Assembly (NCBI GenBank): GCA_965261595.1
Contig: CBDHDG010000006.1
Coordinates: 480,001-544,000, forward strand
DNA length: 64,000 nt
Direction of reading: 5' to 3'
Source of the DNA: a bacterium
GTDB lineage: Bacteria > UBA8248 > JACPRG01 > G963555815
Positions within the stretch are counted from its first letter, which is position 1. Every line of letters starts with the position of its first letter. The position numbers and the translations under genes were made by a program. Positions 58,739 through 64,000 of this stretch are shown piece after piece. The notes below the pieces were generated by a model that was given only the letters and a program-made list of their open reading frames with translations, made no database searches and had not been told where the DNA came from.

Positions 58739-59545
58739 TCACGTGAGCGAGGTCCACAGGACCACAAGGCCCAGCGCCCAGAGGTAGAAGGAGACCAGGT
58801 AGAGATTTCCGGAGATGGTGAGCCGGATGAGCACCTTCAATCCAAAGAAGCCGACCACGCCCGCGATGACCGTCCCCAGGAGAATGGGGCCGATCCCCAT
58901 CCCCCCCGTCTGGCCGGACAGGTCGCCGGCCTTCAGGACCAAAGCGCCGAGGATGGCGGGGATGCCCATCAGGAACGAGAACCGGACCGCCAGGCTTCGC
59001 TCGATGCCCAGGAAGAGGCCGCTTCCGATCGTCATCCCGCTGCGGGAGATTCCGGGCAGGAGGGCGATGGCCTGATAGACCCCGACCCACAAGGCGTCCC
59101 GGACGCCTAAATCCTCCTCCGACCGCTTGCCCTCCTTATTCCGGACGGCAAACAACAGGAGGCCCGTGATGATGAACATCCCCCCGATCAACGGAAGGAT
59201 GTTGAAGGCCCTCTCTATCCACCGATTGAACAAGACGCCGATCACGCCGATGGGGACGGTCCCGAGGATGACCAGCCAGCCCATGCGGGCGGCGGCGGGA
59301 GATTGTCCGCCCCCTTTCGCGAACATGGAGGACAGAACGATCCGGATGTCTTTGGAAAACACCACGAGGATGGCGGCGAGCGTTCCCGCGTGAAGCATGA
59401 CGTCCAGGAACAACACGGGCCCCTGGACATCCAGGATTTTCTGGAGAACAGCCAAGTGGCCCGAGCTGCTGACCGGAAGAAACTCGGTCACTCCCTGGAG
59501 GGCGCCGAGGAGCGCGGCCTTGAGATAATCGCTGAACCCCTCCAT
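58739..59545 (-). CDS. uppP: Undecaprenyl-diphosphate phosphatase
   Basis: QGVTEFLPVSSSGH, PGISRSG. Confidence 0.93.
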   Translation of the reverse strand: MEGFSDYLKAALLGALQGVTEFLPVSSSGHLAVLQKILDVQGPVLFLDVMLHAGTLAAILVVFSKDIRIVLSSMFAKGGGQSPAAARMGWLVILGTVPIGVIGVLFNRWIERAFNILPLIGGMFIITGLLLFAVRNKEGKRSEEDLGVRDALWVGVYQAIALLPGISRSGMTIGSGLFLGIERSLAVRFSFLMGIPAILGALVLKAGDLSGQTGGMGIGPILLGTVIAGVVGFFGLKVLIRLTISGNLYLVSFYLWALGLVVLWTSLT

Positions 59546-59596
59546 CGGTCGGACTCTCCCCACCCGGTTGGAAATGGAGCCGAAAGCCGCAAAGGA

Positions 59597-60688
59597 TTAT
59601 AGATACTTGTCCAACCGCTTCCGCTTCAGAGCCTCGACCACCTTCCGGACATCCTGCGCCCGACTCCGCGGACAGATTAAGAGCGCGTCGCCGGCGTCCA
59701 CCACGATCAAATCCTTGATGCCCACAGTGACCACAAGTTTCCCGGGAGCGTAGACGATCAGGTTGTCGCTGTCCACGCCGATGTGCTCGCCCGCCACGGC
59801 GCCTTTCCCGGACGGACCGGAGAGCAGGTCGCCGATCGCGCGGAAATCCCCGATGTCGCTCCACCCCACCCGGCAGGGCAAGGAGGCCACAAGGCCCTCC
59901 CGCGCGGCGGCCTCCATCAAGCCGAAATCGATGGAGACGGCCGGGAGCCGGGGAAACGTCTCTCTCAGCGTTTTCCCTTCCGTCCTTTTTCCCAGGGATC
60001 GCTCGATCCGCAAGAGCCCCCGGTGAAGCGCCGGCAGGCGGCGGGCCATCTCGTTCATCACCCGTTCCGCCGAGAGAACAAAGATCCCGCTGTTCCACGC
60101 GCACCCGCCCGCGGCCAGGCGCCGCTTGGCCGTTCGCGGGCTCGGCTTCTCCAAGAAGGCCGCCACGCGATGGACGGGGTAGCCGCCCGAGGTTCCGATC
60201 GAGTCCCCTTCGCACAGGTAGCCGTATCCCGTTTCCGGCCGATCGGCAGGCGCCCCCAGCGTCACGATGTCGTCGGTCTCCCAGGACCACGCCAAGGCGG
60301 CCTCGAGGATTTTGCGGAACTCGGGTTCATTCCGGATGAAATGATCGGCTGGCAGGACGGCCAGCAGGGCCTTGGGATTCCGGCGGCGCACGTGGAGGGC
60401 GGCGTAGCCGATGCTCGCGGCCGTGTTCCGGCCCTCGGGCTCGGGGAGGAGGTTTTCCTTCGGCAGACGCGGCAACTCCGCGGCCACAGCGGAGGCCGTC
60501 TCGGCCCCCGTCACCACGAACGTGCGGGAGGGGGGGATCAGTCCGCGAAGCCGGTTCTGCGTGGCGCGGATGAGAGAGATCCCGCCGAACAGTTTCAGAA
60601 AGGGTTTCGGCGTTTGTCTTCGGCTGATCGGCCACAGCCGGGCGCCGGGTCCGCCCGCCAGGATCACCGCGTAGGCCGCCGGGTTCAT
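59597..60688 (-). CDS. manC: Mannose-1-phosphate guanylyltransferase
   Basis: LAGG.G.RLWP.SR..PK, EPEGRNTA, PADH, ETGYGY, FLEKP, WNSG, WSDIG. Confidence 0.92.
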   Translation of the reverse strand: MNPAAYAVILAGGPGARLWPISRRQTPKPFLKLFGGISLIRATQNRLRGLIPPSRTFVVTGAETASAVAAELPRLPKENLLPEPEGRNTAASIGYAALHVRRRNPKALLAVLPADHFIRNEPEFRKILEAALAWSWETDDIVTLGAPADRPETGYGYLCEGDSIGTSGGYPVHRVAAFLEKPSPRTAKRRLAAGGCAWNSGIFVLSAERVMNEMARRLPALHRGLLRIERSLGKRTEGKTLRETFPRLPAVSIDFGLMEAAAREGLVASLPCRVGWSDIGDFRAIGDLLSGPSGKGAVAGEHIGVDSDNLIVYAPGKLVVTVGIKDLIVVDAGDALLICPRSRAQDVRKVVEALKRKRLDKYL

Positions 60689-61299
60689 GAGGATTCCGAT
60701 GGGGCCTTCCCGTGCCGGCCCAGGGCGAGCTTCACGAGCAAAAATCCCAGAACGAGGAGGACGACAAACGCCATGGACAGGAGGTTGAAATACCGGTCGA
60801 TGAACGCGCGAATCACATCACCGTAGAAGTAGATCAATCCGGCCACCAGGAAAAACCGCGCGGACCGGCCGATGATGGAGGCGATCACGAACGTCCCGAA
60901 GCGGATCCGAAAGGCCCCGGCGGCGATGGTGAATATCTTGTACGGGATCGGGGTGAAAGCGGCGATGACAACCGCCCAGGCGTCGTAGCGTTCGAACAGC
61001 CGCTTGATGGACTCCCACTTGGCTTCGGCCCCGTAGAATCTAAGGATGCGGCTCCCGACGGTCCCCATGAGCCCCATCCCGATCAGATAGCCCAGGACGC
61101 CACCGGCCACCGAGGCCGCAGAGCAGATCAGCGCAAACCACAGGGCCTTCTCGGGGGCGCCCAGCGCCAGCGCGATGAGAAGCGGATCGGGCGGAAGGGG
61201 GAAGAAGGAAGACTCCGCGAAGGCCAGCAGGCCCAGGGCCCAACTCCCGTAGGGTGTTTCCGCCCAATGAAGCATCCAGTCATAAAGTGATTTAACCAT
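60685..61299 (-). CDS. YqaA/DedA (VTT) family membrane protein
   Basis: AESSFFPLPPD, TPIPYKIFTI, GRSARF. Confidence 0.9.
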   Translation of the reverse strand: MVKSLYDWMLHWAETPYGSWALGLLAFAESSFFPLPPDPLLIALALGAPEKALWFALICSAASVAGGVLGYLIGMGLMGTVGSRILRFYGAEAKWESIKRLFERYDAWAVVIAAFTPIPYKIFTIAAGAFRIRFGTFVIASIIGRSARFFLVAGLIYFYGDVIRAFIDRYFNLLSMAFVVLLVLGFLLVKLALGRHGKAPSESS

Positions 61300-62665
61300 T
61301 CACGCCCTCGACTTGAGGAAACGCCTTCAAGTGGCCCAGGATCTCCGAGCGGATCTCTTCGAGCCGCTCCGCGGACTCGGCCTCGAAGCGGACGGTCAGG
61401 GCCTCGGTCGTATTGGAGGCGCGCACCAGACCCCAGCCGTCGCCGAAATCCACCCGGACGCCGTCGAGGGTGATCAGGGGGAAGCGGCCTTCCAGCCGGT
61501 CCCGCAGGGCCTCGACGACGTGGAACTTTTCGGCGTCCGGGCATGGAAGCTTGATTTCGGGGGACGCGAAGAGCGGTGGAACGTCGGCCAGGAGGCTGGA
61601 GAGCGGCGCGTCGGCGCGGGCGCGCAAATCCAGGAGCCGCAGGGCTGCGTAGAGTGCGTCGTCGTATCCGTAGTAATCGTCCGCGAAAAACATGTGGCCG
61701 GAGAACTCACCCGCCAGGGGCGCGTTCTCTTCCTTCAGCTTTTTTTTGATGAGGGAATGGCCAGCCTTCCACATCACCGGCCGGCCCCCCGCATTCTCGA
61801 TGGCCCGGATGAGGTTCATCGAGCATTTCACCTCGAATACGATGGGGGCCCCGGGCCTGCGGGAAAGAACGTCGCGGGCAAAGAGGATCATCAGGTAATC
61901 GGGCCAGAGGATGGCCCCCTTTTCGTCGACCGCGCCGAGGCGGTCGCCGTCTCCATCGAATGCTACGCCGAGGTCCGCGCCTTCGGTCCGGACCGTTTCG
62001 ATGAGGTCTTCCAGGTTCTCCGCAACGGAAGGGTCCGGGTGATGATGGGGAAAGTCGCCGTCCGGCTCGCAATAAAGCGGAATGACCTGATGGCCGAAGG
62101 ATTCGATGACCCGCACCGCCAACTCGCCCATGACCCCGTTGCCGCCGTCCACGACCACCTTGAGCGGCCGGTCGAAAGAGAACTTGGCGCCCAGGACCGC
62201 CCGGTAGTCGTCGAGGACATCCACCCGGACGGCGCGGCCGTTGCCCTGGACGAAATCGCGGCGCTCGATGATATCGGCCAGGGCGCGAATCTCCTCTCCC
62301 GCCAAAGATTCTACGCCCCGGGAAATCTTGAATCCATTGAACTCCGGGGGGTTATGACTCGCCGTGACCATGACGGCGCCGTCGCTTTCGAGGTGAATCG
62401 CGGCGAAGTACAAAACCGGTGTGGGGACAATGCCGACGTCGCTCACCTGTGCGCCCGTGGCGCGAAGACCGTCGATGAGGCTCACCCGGATGGCGGGCGA
62501 GCTCGGCCGCACGTCCCGGCCCACAACGAACGTGGCGCCGTCTTGAACGCGAAGGGCCGTCCCGATGGCGCGCCCGATCGCACGAACCGCGGGGACGTCC
62601 AGATCCTCTTCCACCACACCCCGAATGTCGTATTCTCTGAAGATTTCGCGGTTGACAGTTGGCAT
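61292..62665 (-). CDS. Phosphomannomutase/phosphoglucomutase
   Basis: FREYDIRG, TASHNP, DGDGDR, GEFSGH, RASNT. Confidence 0.95.
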   Translation of the reverse strand: MPTVNREIFREYDIRGVVEEDLDVPAVRAIGRAIGTALRVQDGATFVVGRDVRPSSPAIRVSLIDGLRATGAQVSDVGIVPTPVLYFAAIHLESDGAVMVTASHNPPEFNGFKISRGVESLAGEEIRALADIIERRDFVQGNGRAVRVDVLDDYRAVLGAKFSFDRPLKVVVDGGNGVMGELAVRVIESFGHQVIPLYCEPDGDFPHHHPDPSVAENLEDLIETVRTEGADLGVAFDGDGDRLGAVDEKGAILWPDYLMILFARDVLSRRPGAPIVFEVKCSMNLIRAIENAGGRPVMWKAGHSLIKKKLKEENAPLAGEFSGHMFFADDYYGYDDALYAALRLLDLRARADAPLSSLLADVPPLFASPEIKLPCPDAEKFHVVEALRDRLEGRFPLITLDGVRVDFGDGWGLVRASNTTEALTVRFEAESAERLEEIRSEILGHLKAFPQVEGVNG

Positions 62666-62917
62666 CGAGTACCGGAGGGTTCAAGCAATGGGGAGAAAGA
62701 TGAGGGCGCCTATCGCTGGGCTCTACGATAGCACAAGGCGTGGAAGGCCCGCAACTCATGCGCCCCCCCGACCCCCCCTCCGGCCCGAAAACGGGCGTTC
62801 GGATATCAGGTCCACAGCACGGAAATCTTCCGGCGGGGTTCGGCCCGGACTATGGTATGATCCGTATGCGCCTTGCGAATTCGACAAGCTTTTAATCCAC
62901 CAAGTCATTCATGGGTC

Positions 62918-63661
62918 ATGGCCAATACCATCAGAAGCGAGGTCTTGAGGAAATCGGCGCCTTCGGGCTGGAGGAGGCCCGAGGGGATCCTGAAGCCCCT
63001 GTGGTATCTCTGGGTCTGGTTTTCCCTGAGCCTCATTCTCCTTTATCTGAAAGTCTTCAACCGCACCCGTTTCGAGGGGCTTGAACACATTCCCGAAGAC
63101 GGCCCCGTGGTGATCGTCAGCAACCACATCTCGGACCTGGACCCGGTGCTGATCCCGGCGGCCATCCTGATTCGGTATCCGACTCAACTGGCCCGATCCG
63201 TGGCCAAGACCGAGCTCGAAAGGGTTCCCTTTCTCGGCGCTTTCCTGAAGAGTTACGGCTCCATCTTCGTGAACCGGACAGGTCGAGACCTTCGGGGCAT
63301 GCGCCAGATCATCCAGGCGATGAAAACGGGGAAGGTTGTGATCTACCCCGAGGGGACCCGGAGCATGGACGGAAAGCTCCTTCCGGGAAAACGGACCGTG
63401 GGCAGATTGATTCATCTGGCCCGGCCGGTCGTGATTCCAGCCGCGGTGTGGGGGACCATCCTGGCCATACCGCCCACCAGCCCATGGCCCCGCGTCGGAA
63501 AGGATCTCGGCGTCCGGTTCGGCCCCCCGTTGGACATGGAACCTCTCTACGCGTTGCCGCCCACCAAAGAGAACAGCCAGCAAATCATCGATCACGTCAT
63601 GTCGGCCATCGGCGGGCTCGTGGAAGAAGTCAAAGCCGAAGGCCGGGTCGTCGAGATATGA
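62918..63661 (+). CDS. Lysophospholipid acyltransferase (PlsC-like)
   Basis: NHISDLD, PEGTRS. Confidence 0.9.
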   Translation: MANTIRSEVLRKSAPSGWRRPEGILKPLWYLWVWFSLSLILLYLKVFNRTRFEGLEHIPEDGPVVIVSNHISDLDPVLIPAAILIRYPTQLARSVAKTELERVPFLGAFLKSYGSIFVNRTGRDLRGMRQIIQAMKTGKVVIYPEGTRSMDGKLLPGKRTVGRLIHLARPVVIPAAVWGTILAIPPTSPWPRVGKDLGVRFGPPLDMEPLYALPPTKENSQQIIDHVMSAIGGLVEEVKAEGRVVEI

Positions 63662-64000
63662 GCGGCTTCACCCCTGTGGGGTCGATCCTTCGTGATCTCA
63701 CCCGGTCCGCCCCATGGGGACCGGGGATTCAACGCTACGAGGTCATCCGGAACTGGGAGGAGGCCGTCGGCCCGACGGTGGCCCGAATGACAAATCCAGT
63801 GGAAGTGAAAGGACGAACATTATACGTAGAGGTTCGGGATCCCGTGTGGTTGCAACAGATGGTGTTCCTCAGCGAGAAAGTCCGCTGTGCGCTCAATCAA
63901 GCGGTGGGCCGGGACGTCCTGGACCGGATCTTTTTCCGCCAGGCGGACACACCGTGGAGGCCCGCGGCCCCGGAGGACGAACTCGAGGCCGAAAAGGCGC
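63658..64000 (+). CDS. DUF721/DciA family protein (runs off window; absent from the ORF track)
   Basis: ATGA overlap; WEEAVGPTVARMTNP..LYVEV.DPVWLQQM..LN. Confidence 0.82.
   Translation, partial: MSGFTPVGSILRDLTRSAPWGPGIQRYEVIRNWEEAVGPTVARMTNPVEVKGRTLYVEVRDPVWLQQMVFLSEKVRCALNQAVGRDVLDRIFFRQADTPWRPAAPEDELEAEKA

Noticed and set aside
1..64000. tRNA (including selC), rRNA, integrase or prophage genes
   Set aside because: None recognised by eye; the Sec machinery must lie outside the window if the selenoprotein calls are right.

Overview
GC-rich bacterial window. About 1-55.9 kb is an accessory-type catabolic region. It holds enzymes for N-heterocycles and amides: a cyanuric acid hydrolase, 2 RutB-like cysteine hydrolases, 2 DUF1989 proteins, 2 UbiD, 2 SDR, 3 paralogous Rieske oxygenases, 2 xanthine-oxidase-family Mo enzymes, a C-N hydrolase and a NicX-like/maleate-isomerase-like pair. 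It also holds a sulfur-redox operon and much mobile DNA (cargo-carrying IS1595, IS3, IS1380 relic, MITE, RAYT relic, several REP families). About 55.9-64 kb is housekeeping (hpnD, uppP, manC, PMM/PGM, acyltransferase, DUF721/DciA-like). Main finding: two genes that the ORF track splits in two are single reading frames with an in-frame TGA exactly at a conserved Cys/Sec position. Each TGA is followed by a hairpin carrying the same 9-mer GCGGCAAGT at SECIS-like spacing. They are a CstB-like persulfide dioxygenase-rhodanese fusion (2253-3659, predicted Sec187), which heads an operon with a fused NrfC-NrfD, a Tat-less Mo-bisPGD enzyme and TauE, and a deiodinase-like protein (9711-10373). A Mo-hydroxylase resembling the selenium-dependent XDH family suggests a third selenium use. 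All family calls come from motif recognition by eye; no database searches were run. Several single-base lesions lie in G/C runs and could be assembly errors.
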